Below, piece by piece: positions 26,370 through 35,149 of a DNA stretch of 64,000 nucleotides (position 1 is the first letter of the stretch; every line of letters begins with the position of its first letter). The notes below the pieces were generated by a model. The model saw only the letters and a program-made list of their open reading frames with translations, searched no databases and had not been told where the DNA came from. Location of the stretch: positions 1 to 64,000 of the IMG/VR virus record IMGVR_UViG_3300043105_000117, one strand, 5' to 3'. A program made the translations under genes and the position numbers. This stretch comes from a virus (Duplodnaviria > Caudoviricetes).

Positions 26370-26581
26370 GAGAGCAAGGTGTATGGGTTGCGAGGCAGCC
26401 CGAAGGCGATTTATGGTGCTATTTCGTTGAGCCAAGAAGGTACGAGGATGGCTTCGGATTGGAATGGGGTGACGAGCAAGGTACTGCCGATGTAGCCTAT
26501 GTCATGTTACACAAAGAGCTATTTCCCGAAGTAACTTTCGAGAATAGCCCGAAACGATTAGTAGTGGAGGATTTGCGATGA
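26366..26581 (+). CDS. WVAR/ENSP domain protein
   Basis: VWVARQ...LFPEVTFENSP; GGAGG upstream. Confidence 0.65.
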   Translation: MREQGVWVARQPEGDLWCYFVEPRRYEDGFGLEWGDEQGTADVAYVMLHKELFPEVTFENSPKRLVVEDLR

Positions 26582-26814
26582 GAGGATTATTCATATTAGA
26601 AATGTTGATACCTATAATTGCTTTTATAGCAGTAATAGCATCCATTACCATTGTTATAAAGGATAAAATAATAGCAAGGGATAATCAACAATCCGAGCAG
26701 TGGTTTGGTCGCTACATGGACGAGAATAAAAGATGCGATTCCTTGCAAAACGAGGTTTGGCAGCTAAAGAGAGAAAATGACAGTTTGAAAATTGAATTGA
26801 AGTATTATGAGTAA
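26578..26814 (+). CDS. Small membrane-anchored coiled-coil protein
   Basis: N-terminal TM. Confidence 0.6.
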   Translation: MRGLFILEMLIPIIAFIAVIASITIVIKDKIIARDNQQSEQWFGRYMDENKRCDSLQNEVWQLKRENDSLKIELKYYE

Positions 26815-27148
26815 CATAGGTAAGTATATGTGGGGCGAGTCGGAGGATTGCTTCGTCTGCGACATCTTCGACTCAGTTGAAGAGTGCAAGAACGACATCG
26901 CAGTCCATCGAGATTCCATTACAAGAGACTGCGTTTACATCTGTCAGATAACAAGGGAGTTCGACTATGCTGCATTGGCGAATGACATAGTTTCATTTGC
27001 GGAAGGAATGGCTTGCGAGTTTGACGCTGACGCTTCGATTGATATTGAAGTAAATGGAGATATTGAGGAATTACTAAGAAAAAGCCTTGATATGTTGCCA
27101 TTTAAGGTCAGAACGGTCGAGAAAGTAAAATTGGAGGATTTGTTATGA
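26807..27148 (+). CDS. Acidic hypothetical protein
   Basis: ORF 113 aa. Confidence 0.65.
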   Translation: MSNIGKYMWGESEDCFVCDIFDSVEECKNDIAVHRDSITRDCVYICQITREFDYAALANDIVSFAEGMACEFDADASIDIEVNGDIEELLRKSLDMLPFKVRTVEKVKLEDLL

Positions 27149-27645
27149 GAGTTAAATTCAAAGGAGAGTGGTACGAGATTCAGTGCTTCAACATTACGAA
27201 GAACGATGGAACGGCCTTTATCACGAAAGACTATGAAAACAGTATCGAGGACATTGAAATCAATGGCAGGCATCTTGCTCCCGACAAAGATGTCGCCACC
27301 AAAACAGAAGCAGTTGAGCCACAAGACAATAAGCCGACTGAAAAAGTTGGCGAATATGAGTACACCCACATCTGTATGAGCGATAAGCCCGAAGTGGGCG
27401 ATGAAGGAGCGAGCTACGCAGTATTCCGAAGCTTTGATGAGCTAAATACCGGTATTGCGGTCGCTTCCGAGGAATTGAAAAACAATATCATCCACTGGCA
27501 CGAGCAGAAGGAGATTGATTGGGAGCAGAGACAGTTCTTCCTCGCAGCACAAATCTATGCAAAGAGAGATTTCTGTTCATACCAAGAAAGTATGGCGGAG
27601 GCGAAGGACTTTATCAAGTATTACCGAGAGGTTTTTGAGTCATGA
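27145..27645 (+). CDS. Hypothetical protein
   Basis: ORF 166 aa. Confidence 0.7.
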   Translation: MRVKFKGEWYEIQCFNITKNDGTAFITKDYENSIEDIEINGRHLAPDKDVATKTEAVEPQDNKPTEKVGEYEYTHICMSDKPEVGDEGASYAVFRSFDELNTGIAVASEELKNNIIHWHEQKEIDWEQRQFFLAAQIYAKRDFCSYQESMAEAKDFIKYYREVFES

Positions 27646-27797
27646 TTCGCTTCATCATTACAACGACATTCACGCTTGTGGTAACTACACCACTTGCGAT
27701 AACATTAGGGGCTTACAACGTGCATGATAAGCACGCTTTGCCCCTTATAGCAGTTTACAGCCTTATGGCGAGTATATTAATAAATTTGGCATTATGA
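27642..27797 (+). CDS. Small two-TM membrane protein (51 aa), paralog of 14268-14429
   Basis: Read by eye; ATGA overlap. Confidence 0.6.
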   Translation: MIRFIITTTFTLVVTTPLAITLGAYNVHDKHALPLIAVYSLMASILINLAL

Positions 27798-27862
27798 AAG
27801 TACAGCAACTATCCGCAAAGGAATAGTTACGTACCTAAAGAATATATCGAGGAGGAAAGAGA

Positions 27863-28075
27863 ATGGGAGTCAGAAAGAAACGAATAGCGAAAGCGAGAAT
27901 CGACAATGCCGAAACGCTGATAGCAATTACGGCTGACAAGACGGATGTGCATCTGACAACAGCAGGGGAGCAGAAAGACCTCTTTAAGATGCTCGTGTGT
28001 CTGTTCATGTCGGATGAAGATAGTAAGAACTTTTTTAAAGCAGCAATAATTGAAGCAGATAAAAGAATAGAGTAA
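27863..28075 (+). CDS. Hypothetical protein
   Basis: ORF 70 aa. Confidence 0.6.
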   Translation: MGVRKKRIAKARIDNAETLIAITADKTDVHLTTAGEQKDLFKMLVCLFMSDEDSKNFFKAAIIEADKRIE

Positions 28076-28077
28076 AT

Positions 28078-28521
28078 ATGTTAAGTAAACAAGTAACTGA
28101 TTTTCGGCAATCCGAAAGAATGTGCAGTATGGGACTTATTAAAACCGCAGACATGCACTACCACCTAGACGAAAACTGTTGTTATAACATTATGTTGGGA
28201 GGCGACCTGAAAGCGCACGTAGATATTCCGGCATGGAGTGCTCCGCGGCTTTTATGCTTGCTCCCGAAACAGATAGAACTTCCTCCACTAGACTGTGATG
28301 ATGAAGAAAGAGACAGATGCGCAGCACTAGAGCTCATGTTTACATCAGAGGATTCAGTAGCGTACGGGTATCGCTATGGGTTCGTATCTAACGATGATGA
28401 GGATAAAGGCTGGCTCTACATAAACGAGTGTGATAACATGGTCAATGCATTATATGACCTTGTGTGCTTTTGCTACAACGAGAATATAAAACTTAATTTG
28501 GAGGAAAGCGAATGGTTCTAG
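28078..28521 (+). CDS. Hypothetical protein, paralog of 23225-23554
   Basis: TADM...PAWS...LL..LP. Confidence 0.65.
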   Translation: MLSKQVTDFRQSERMCSMGLIKTADMHYHLDENCCYNIMLGGDLKAHVDIPAWSAPRLLCLLPKQIELPPLDCDDEERDRCAALELMFTSEDSVAYGYRYGFVSNDDEDKGWLYINECDNMVNALYDLVCFCYNENIKLNLEESEWF

Positions 28522-28694
28522 CATCGGTTTTTATTGCTTGTGGTGCCATCATAATGACAACCATATTGTGTGCGATATTCTACTATGGGTACTTTGCCCC
28601 AGAGATTGAATCGTACAAGACTGTAATAAGAGAGTTAATGGATAAAATCAGAGAATTGGAAATTGAAATTGGTAAACTAAAAGGAGAATTATGA
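28512..28694 (+). CDS. Small membrane protein
   Basis: N-terminal TM. Confidence 0.55.
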   Translation: MVLASVFIACGAIIMTTILCAIFYYGYFAPEIESYKTVIRELMDKIRELEIEIGKLKGEL

Positions 28695-29086
28695 GTGAGT
28701 TATATTGGATTACAAGGCTTGATGCTATATGCATTGCGCTCGGATTGACTATTTTTCTGTTATTGTTGGCCATTGCATTCTTTGCAATGCGATATTATGA
28801 TTTGCGAGAAGATTACACCCGCGATTACATAAAAAAAGACGTGACGAGCGAAATACAGAGCATCGTGAAACGAATCGGTAAGATTGTATTGGCCGTAGTT
28901 GTCTTAGTGATATTTGAGGTGTTTATTCCAACCACAAAGCAAGCATTAGTCATCTACGGAATAGGAGGTACAATCGACTATATCAAAAGCAATAATACAG
29001 CGAACCAGCTACCCGACAAGGTTATTAGTGCGCTGGATAAGTATCTTGATGCGTTGAACGAGGAGAATGATGAGAAAGATAAATAA
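28691..29086 (+). CDS. Two-TM membrane protein
   Basis: MSELYWITRLD...IPTTKQAL. Confidence 0.7.
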   Translation: MSELYWITRLDAICIALGLTIFLLLLAIAFFAMRYYDLREDYTRDYIKKDVTSEIQSIVKRIGKIVLAVVVLVIFEVFIPTTKQALVIYGIGGTIDYIKSNNTANQLPDKVISALDKYLDALNEENDEKDK

Positions 29087-29297
29087 GTTACCGAAGTTAA
29101 ATTGGAAACGTTTTATCATTGGTATTCCTCTAGGAATATTAGGGTTGGGAATCGCTGCCATTTGTTTCTCGATAGGGATGGAAGTTCAAAGAGATATCGA
29201 CGGTGGTGAGTACAACCTTACAAACGTTACATCAACATTCCTGGGAACTATGATTGGAATGGCAATAAATGTGATAATTGTTTTATTGATAAATTAG
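29067..29297 (+). CDS. Two-TM membrane protein
   Basis: Hydrophobic segments. Confidence 0.6.
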   Translation: MMRKINKLPKLNWKRFIIGIPLGILGLGIAAICFSIGMEVQRDIDGGEYNLTNVTSTFLGTMIGMAINVIIVLLIN

Positions 29298-29348
29298 GTG
29301 GTATTGCGATTGTCATTTCTAAATGAACTACTAACAACACAATAAATT

Positions 29349-29633
29349 ATGATTAAAGTGATAAGCAATCCCCGAAAGGGGGAACAATTGAAACCTTACG
29401 CGAATAACGTATGGATATGGGAACTGCAAAGCGATTTGTCTTATGAACAGACGCTAGATTATTGTCAGGCGAATTTAAAGAAGTGCAAATACGAAAAGAA
29501 CGAATATTTTCATTTGTATCGGACTTTGGGATGGCCGGATGTCATGAAAGTAAAGAGTGAAGGATACTATTCGCTTGTTAGTTGCGCTGATGGCCGATAC
29601 GTTTACACAGTTGAGCAAGAATATTTGGATTAG
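29349..29633 (+). CDS. Hypothetical protein
   Basis: ORF 94 aa. Confidence 0.65.
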   Translation: MIKVISNPRKGEQLKPYANNVWIWELQSDLSYEQTLDYCQANLKKCKYEKNEYFHLYRTLGWPDVMKVKSEGYYSLVSCADGRYVYTVEQEYLD

Positions 29634-29637
29634 CAAA

Positions 29638-29877
29638 ATGGAAGGTGACAAAAGCAAGGCATTAAAACTAGTGCAGGATTCAACATCTTGCTTAGTATTT
29701 GGAGTGTATGATGAATATATGGCCGTTGCCCATTACAACGGAGAAAATATGTACACTTACATAGCAGATATATTCTCGCAGGATAAAGAACTATGTGATT
29801 TCTTTCGCGAGGCAATCAGATTTGCCGATGCAGTAAGAAACTATGAGAATGATACAGTAAACCCTCAACTAAACTAG
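29638..29877 (+). CDS. Hypothetical protein
   Basis: Start moved to ATG 29638. Confidence 0.55.
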   Translation: MEGDKSKALKLVQDSTSCLVFGVYDEYMAVAHYNGENMYTYIADIFSQDKELCDFFREAIRFADAVRNYENDTVNPQLN

Positions 29878-29918
29878 GCCGAGGGTCAGATAATAAAAAC
29901 TTAAATATTATACCGAAA

Positions 29919-30155
29919 ATGAATTTACCGACAAAAGTTCTGCTACTGGCAGATGATTATAATGAAGCACTGCGCGTTAGATGTCCGCGCGTGGCAGCTA
30001 GGTTCGGCAGACAGATATTGCCGTATATCAAAGCAAAGCATTGCGGAGAATGTGAAGCATATGCCGGTGGTAATTGTCGTCTTTGTCATCAAGAGATGAA
30101 CCGAGATGACGAATGTTTCTTTAATAAATTCGATTATAGAAGGAGGAAACGATGA
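29919..30155 (+). CDS. Small Cys-containing protein
   Basis: HCGEC...CRLC...C. Confidence 0.6.
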   Translation: MNLPTKVLLLADDYNEALRVRCPRVAARFGRQILPYIKAKHCGECEAYAGGNCRLCHQEMNRDDECFFNKFDYRRRKR

Positions 30156-30676
30156 AAGACGTCTATACAGTAACTCATGGAGAGGATGAGGAATTTACTT
30201 TCGATGGTGTGTTCGAGAGCAGGGAAATCGCACGCAAATACATCGACCAGCATGTAAGCGAGTGGACGTGGTATAAAGCGGAGGATTTTAAAATAGAGAG
30301 GTGGCCGCTTAACTGTGGAATAGACAGAGATACGTTTACATTCGTTGTGAACATCTACGAGGATGGTCATGCGGCAGCTTCAATGCAAGCTTGTCCCGAA
30401 CTAGTCGGCACTTTCCGTAAAGTGCTCCCGACAAGGGGAATGAACATCGTGTGGCAGTGTGTGGTACGAGCCAAGAATAGACAAGAAGCGGAACGTATTG
30501 CCGTAGATATGATTAAGAAAGTCGAACAGTCTGTCGCTTTATATCCATTAATGGAGAAACGATGTGCGTATGTACCTAGCATCAGTACGTATATCTATCC
30601 GTGGTACAATGCCGAGACTCACTCAATTATGGTGGATGAAGAACAAGAAATAACAGTTGAAGTATGGGAGAAATAG
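30152..30676 (+). CDS. Hypothetical protein
   Basis: ORF 174 aa. Confidence 0.7.
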   Translation: MKDVYTVTHGEDEEFTFDGVFESREIARKYIDQHVSEWTWYKAEDFKIERWPLNCGIDRDTFTFVVNIYEDGHAAASMQACPELVGTFRKVLPTRGMNIVWQCVVRAKNRQEAERIAVDMIKKVEQSVALYPLMEKRCAYVPSISTYIYPWYNAETHSIMVDEEQEITVEVWEK

Positions 30677-30945
30677 AAGAAACTAAAATCTATAAGTTTG
30701 TCGAGGAATTAAGAGAATTACTCGGAAAGTATAATGCTACGATTAAGTCGAATGTCGTGGCAAAACAAGACTTTGACATTGCAACCGGAACAGGTACAAT
30801 GCACATGTATGCAAATCTCGAATTTGAAGTGGATGGAGATGTTGCCGTACTTAGAAGCCCCTACCAGCCTGTTCAGAACGTAGAGATTGATAGTAACAAT
30901 ATATGCAACAATGAGACGATTTCATTTCTTGTGTATGACAAATAA
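30664..30945 (+). CDS. Hypothetical protein
   Basis: ORF 93 aa. Confidence 0.6.
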   Translation: MGEIEETKIYKFVEELRELLGKYNATIKSNVVAKQDFDIATGTGTMHMYANLEFEVDGDVAVLRSPYQPVQNVEIDSNNICNNETISFLVYDK

Positions 30946-30957
30946 AATTCGGTTATC

Positions 30958-31299
30958 ATGTTTAGAATAGGGGACTATGTAAAAATCCATGCACAAGGTT
31001 CTAACTATGACAATCTAGCAGGTAAGGTTGCCGGAAAGACATCTGATTGTGATGCCTACCAAATAAAATTAGAGAAAGGCCCATATCTATGGGTGCATAC
31101 AGAATACCTTGTGCTTGACAGCGAACACTTGGACGTGGAGTATGAAGCCGGACCAACAGCCGACTATTGGAAAATGCAGTGCGCTCGGCTTGCTTGGCGG
31201 CTATATCTCATGGAGAAAGAGAAAGGCTTGGTACCGTCAATACATGAGTCCATTAAGGAAGCAAGGCATGTCATTGAAGAGATACGGAAGTCAATATAA
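30958..31299 (+). CDS. Hypothetical protein with KOW-like N-terminus
   Basis: FRIGDYVKI...GKV. Confidence 0.6.
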   Translation: MFRIGDYVKIHAQGSNYDNLAGKVAGKTSDCDAYQIKLEKGPYLWVHTEYLVLDSEHLDVEYEAGPTADYWKMQCARLAWRLYLMEKEKGLVPSIHESIKEARHVIEEIRKSI

Positions 31300-31333
31300 C
31301 CATCATCTTGTAAGGAGTGCACTGGCTATTGTG

Positions 31334-31879
31334 CTAGTTGTGCTCCTTTGTTTTTTCTATCCAGTCCGCTACCGCATCTTTGAGAAGAAACTCTCTCATC
31401 GGATATATGCCCTCGCCACAGCCATTATTTAAGTCGATAAAATAGTACGTGTAATCGCACGTAATGTAAGAGTTCGGGAAGTCAGCAAGAGCGAAGAACA
31501 ACCGCTCATTTCTGATGACCAGCTCACCAAAACTGTCGCGCATCAGAATAAAACCGTTTCTATCCTTGCAAATACCGGTCGGCACAAGGGTTTCTCTGCT
31601 CCACCCGTTGTAGTCAATGGCAAACTCGATATCCATAGTAAGGCCACCATACAACTCCATTGCCGACTTACAGCCCTTTAGACTGGTTATCGCAGTCTTT
31701 ATATCCAGTTCTATGAACGGAAACGTATCAAATATCTCATCAGCCGAATCTTCCGAAACGAAGAAAACGCTGGCATTACCGCACGCGACTGTATATGGTA
31801 TGCGGTTTGAATCCATGAAATCGAATAGTTCTATCTTATCCCTCGCAGACATTCTGCTTGTAATAATCAACGCTCTCAT
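31334..31879 (-). CDS. Hypothetical protein
   Basis: ORF 181 aa at end of packaging operon. Confidence 0.65.
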   Translation of the reverse strand: MRALIITSRMSARDKIELFDFMDSNRIPYTVACGNASVFFVSEDSADEIFDTFPFIELDIKTAITSLKGCKSAMELYGGLTMDIEFAIDYNGWSRETLVPTGICKDRNGFILMRDSFGELVIRNERLFFALADFPNSYITCDYTYYFIDLNNGCGEGIYPMREFLLKDAVADWIEKTKEHN

Positions 31880-32424
31880 AATGAATCGCTTGTATTTTGT
31901 TTATTACTTCTTTGCTTGGCTTTATGGGCCTCAAAGAGAGGACAGCTATAACAAGATATGGGTAGATAGAAGTGAACTAGATGTTCCTCATCCTTTACCT
32001 CATCCTTCTTCATCTGCAAGAGGTCGGCATACTTCATCATGATATCAGCCCTCTCCTTTGATTTAAGAGGCAGGCTCTTGGCCATGCGCAGCAGTTCTCT
32101 TGCCACTGCGTCCTTGTCTACAAGGTCATCCGTATCCAGTCCACCAATAATACTGCTCTCATCATCATCTGAATTTTCGTTTGACTGTCGCTTGGTAAAC
32201 TTCTTGGCCAGTCTGCCTACTGTATCTGCATAGGCAGGGTCCTTGGTTATCGTGCGCAACTTTGCAATATCGTAGTGCTCCGGAGAAGTAGAGTCCTTGT
32301 TTATTACGGCACAATACGCATCTCTCTCCGTGAAGCCGATGGCTACGAGGTTAGCCATTACATACACATCCCACTCCAAGCCCTCTCGCTTGGCCGCTTT
32401 CAATAATTTATCTGTCGGGTTCAT
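31876..32424 (-). CDS. Possible terminase small subunit
   Basis: Helical N-terminus, oligomer-like DAVARELLRMA helix, in packaging operon; position only. Confidence 0.4.
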   Translation of the reverse strand: MNPTDKLLKAAKREGLEWDVYVMANLVAIGFTERDAYCAVINKDSTSPEHYDIAKLRTITKDPAYADTVGRLAKKFTKRQSNENSDDDESSIIGGLDTDDLVDKDAVARELLRMAKSLPLKSKERADIMMKYADLLQMKKDEVKDEEHLVHFYLPISCYSCPLFEAHKAKQRSNKQNTSDSL

Positions 32425-33269
32425 AACATGTCATTATTTGAGTTTCCAAATTCCATATCTCTCTCATCACCATAAATGGGTACACGATAGCATTGGCAGT
32501 GCACATGCGGATAACCGAACTCTGCATCCGATATATCGTGGTAGCCCACCTCTGAATCGCATATCTCGCACGGGTAGTTGCTGCCTCGCAGTTGGATGTA
32601 TCCGATAGCACCGTCGCGGCCCATGTTTACACCGTCATAGTACCACCACGACAAAGATATGCTGCCAACACCTATCCTCTCAATAAGAGTAGATGAAACA
32701 TTGGAACGGCCTCGGCCATAAGATACACCACGGTTGCGCAGACGTTCGGCCTTGACACCCGGAGTGTTGAATGCCGCAACTATCATCTTGTCGGTCCAGG
32801 GAGCCTTGATGTTGCTTACGTATTCATTAAGCGTTTTAAAGGCCGTATAACCTGCGATAAGCCCCGCGGCAATAAAGGCTTCCATTTCCGACTTAAAACG
32901 GCTTATATAGTCCTCTAATTGAGCGTAGACGTCTCTAGCTCCGTCTCCAAGCGAGGCAAAGTAAGCAAGTATCATATCTCTGTCATCATCGCTCTCGGCA
33001 AGGCTGTTAATCTCGTCGGTAAGCAAATCATATATTGCATCGAGCAGTTCTCGCAGAAGTTCATCGACCTCGGCTTCAAAGTCGGGATTGGATGAAAACT
33101 CAAAATCCTTCGGCTGTATCTTGTATTTGTACCCGATGTCGATAATCTTACCCGCATATTCACGCAACAGTTCCATAAGTCCCTTACGAAAGATATTCTC
33201 TGCCGATATACGCTGTGCAAGGAAGTCCTGTGCTGCAAGCACATCTGAGTCTTTAGGTATATAGTTCAT
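32421..33269 (-). CDS. Minor head morphogenesis protein (Mu F/SPP1 gp7-like)
   Basis: C-terminal CEIC...PHVHCQCY; follows portal. Confidence 0.75.
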   Translation of the reverse strand: MNYIPKDSDVLAAQDFLAQRISAENIFRKGLMELLREYAGKIIDIGYKYKIQPKDFEFSSNPDFEAEVDELLRELLDAIYDLLTDEINSLAESDDDRDMILAYFASLGDGARDVYAQLEDYISRFKSEMEAFIAAGLIAGYTAFKTLNEYVSNIKAPWTDKMIVAAFNTPGVKAERLRNRGVSYGRGRSNVSSTLIERIGVGSISLSWWYYDGVNMGRDGAIGYIQLRGSNYPCEICDSEVGYHDISDAEFGYPHVHCQCYRVPIYGDERDMEFGNSNNDML

Positions 33270-33323
33270 TACAATGGAAAGCGGAAAAATTAAGTAGTGC
33301 GGAAACGTCCGCATCGCTTTTTA

Positions 33324-33353
33324 TCCGGTTAAACTCCGGTTAAATCCGGTTAA
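33324..33353. repeat. Three TCCGGTTAA direct repeats
   Basis: Copies at 33324, 33335, 33345 in intergenic DNA. Confidence 0.7.
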
Positions 33354-33385
33354 TTACCCCGACTATCCGCACTACTATCTGTTAC

Positions 33386-35149
33386 TTAACGTTCTCGGTC
33401 GAATTTTTCCCAATTGTTCTCACCCTCGTAGTTGCCATTGTTCCATGTCTTGCCACTAAGGTTGGGCCGGCCACCTTTACCGCCGCTTTTACGGCCACGT
33501 CCTCCGGTGTTTAGTTCTCCCTTGTAGCCTTTTTTCTTCTGCAATGGAGTATCGTTTGCCTTGTCGGGGTCCACGATATCTTCCAACTGGTCCATAGGAG
33601 TAACGACTCCTCCTTCTGTCTGTACCTCGGAGTTGATGAACTGCTGTCCGTAGGATTGCTGCAAGTTGGCGAGAACATCGTCTTGCTGCTCATCTTTCAT
33701 CTCTTTAAGTATGCGTTCCATCTCGTCATTTGTGGTGTAGACTGACGCTCTCATAGAGGCTGTGCGCTTGGAGATGAACTTATTCTGTACACCGGTTGCA
33801 AGGTTTGTAACGAGTTCGCTTACGTTCTGCGGGATGTAAGGCTCAATCCATACGTTGTAGTTGAGTTCTCTGAAATCGAGTTCGCACTCCATTTCCGTAC
33901 CATATCCGAAGCTGAAAATCTGTACCATCTTGTCAATGAACGGCTGATATTCCTGGGCATCTGTTGTGGCTTTCTCGATGGCCGTATGGAACAGAAGTCG
34001 GATTGATGATGACGGTGTATCACCACTCTTTAATTCAATGTTCTTAACCGCATGCGAGAGGTTATATATCATATCCTCCAACTTGTTGAGTTCGGTAGCA
34101 TATGAGTTGGAAGCGTCCTGTCTGTTAAGGAACCCGGCCTCTCCATCCTCCGGAATAAGAATAGTCTTGACTGCGTTATTCTCATCGCCGATAACCTCAA
34201 CTCCCTCGCCCTTTAAATACATGATAGGAGTGCCGAAAGCGTGATTGTTTTGCGCAAGTCGTGAAAATGCCATTTCGTAATTGTCTATACTTTCTTGCGA
34301 AAGTGACCAACATGCGCCACCGTCATCGCGGAAATAAGCCACAGGAATGAAGCCGAATCCATGAAGTTTTGACTCCACGACTCTGTATCCGGACTGTCCG
34401 AACAATCCCTTAATGCTGTTTGCAATCTTGTCGAGAGCCCCCGATGTATCGCGACGCAGACGATAATAATATTTATCATCCCATACTTCAATCCAAGAAG
34501 TGACCGATTTACCTTCCTCGTCAAGGTCAGTGTACTCACGCGCAAAGATGCTCAACTCACCTGTTATGTGGTCAAAGTGTGGATAAATCTTGTCACCCTT
34601 GGCATATGAGAAAGTCGTCCAGCCAAACTTACCATTGCGCAGATATCCTACGAATGCACCGTCACCGGTTTTTTTGACGGACTTTGCGGCCTCATACCAC
34701 GCAATCTCCATATTCTTCTTCAACCATCCCAAACGGAACTTCATAAACAGTTCGTTTTTCTTCTCATTCTGTTTGGTGTCGAGAAGTTCAAACTGGATAT
34801 CATTCGCACAAAGGTGGGTAAGCTGTTTGGTCATTATCACAGCTTGGTAGGCAAAGGCATATCGTGGAACCTGCTCGACATACCAAAGCTTATCTTCCGG
34901 ATTCTGCCTCCACACGTCCGGATAATACTTGGTGTCATTGATGATATGGCCGTTAGGGTCATACTCTCGCAAGAAGTCCGACTGTGTAATGACCTTATAT
35001 GACATCCTTTCAGCCTCTCGCAAACTGACAAGTCTGTTAGGGTCTTGCGTATTACCTCCGTTGTGGTAGCCATCGGGGAGCATACGCACAAATGGCTTTT
35101 TCAGTAGTAAGTCCTGAATCTGCCGAGAAGTAGTGCTCAAAGTCTCCAT
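33386..35149 (-). CDS. Portal protein (SPP1 gp6-like)
   Basis: 587 aa after terL; FIPVAYF, YLKG, W.EPYIPQN..E patterns. Confidence 0.85.
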   Translation of the reverse strand: METLSTTSRQIQDLLLKKPFVRMLPDGYHNGGNTQDPNRLVSLREAERMSYKVITQSDFLREYDPNGHIINDTKYYPDVWRQNPEDKLWYVEQVPRYAFAYQAVIMTKQLTHLCANDIQFELLDTKQNEKKNELFMKFRLGWLKKNMEIAWYEAAKSVKKTGDGAFVGYLRNGKFGWTTFSYAKGDKIYPHFDHITGELSIFAREYTDLDEEGKSVTSWIEVWDDKYYYRLRRDTSGALDKIANSIKGLFGQSGYRVVESKLHGFGFIPVAYFRDDGGACWSLSQESIDNYEMAFSRLAQNNHAFGTPIMYLKGEGVEVIGDENNAVKTILIPEDGEAGFLNRQDASNSYATELNKLEDMIYNLSHAVKNIELKSGDTPSSSIRLLFHTAIEKATTDAQEYQPFIDKMVQIFSFGYGTEMECELDFRELNYNVWIEPYIPQNVSELVTNLATGVQNKFISKRTASMRASVYTTNDEMERILKEMKDEQQDDVLANLQQSYGQQFINSEVQTEGGVVTPMDQLEDIVDPDKANDTPLQKKKGYKGELNTGGRGRKSGGKGGRPNLSGKTWNNGNYEGENNWEKFDRER

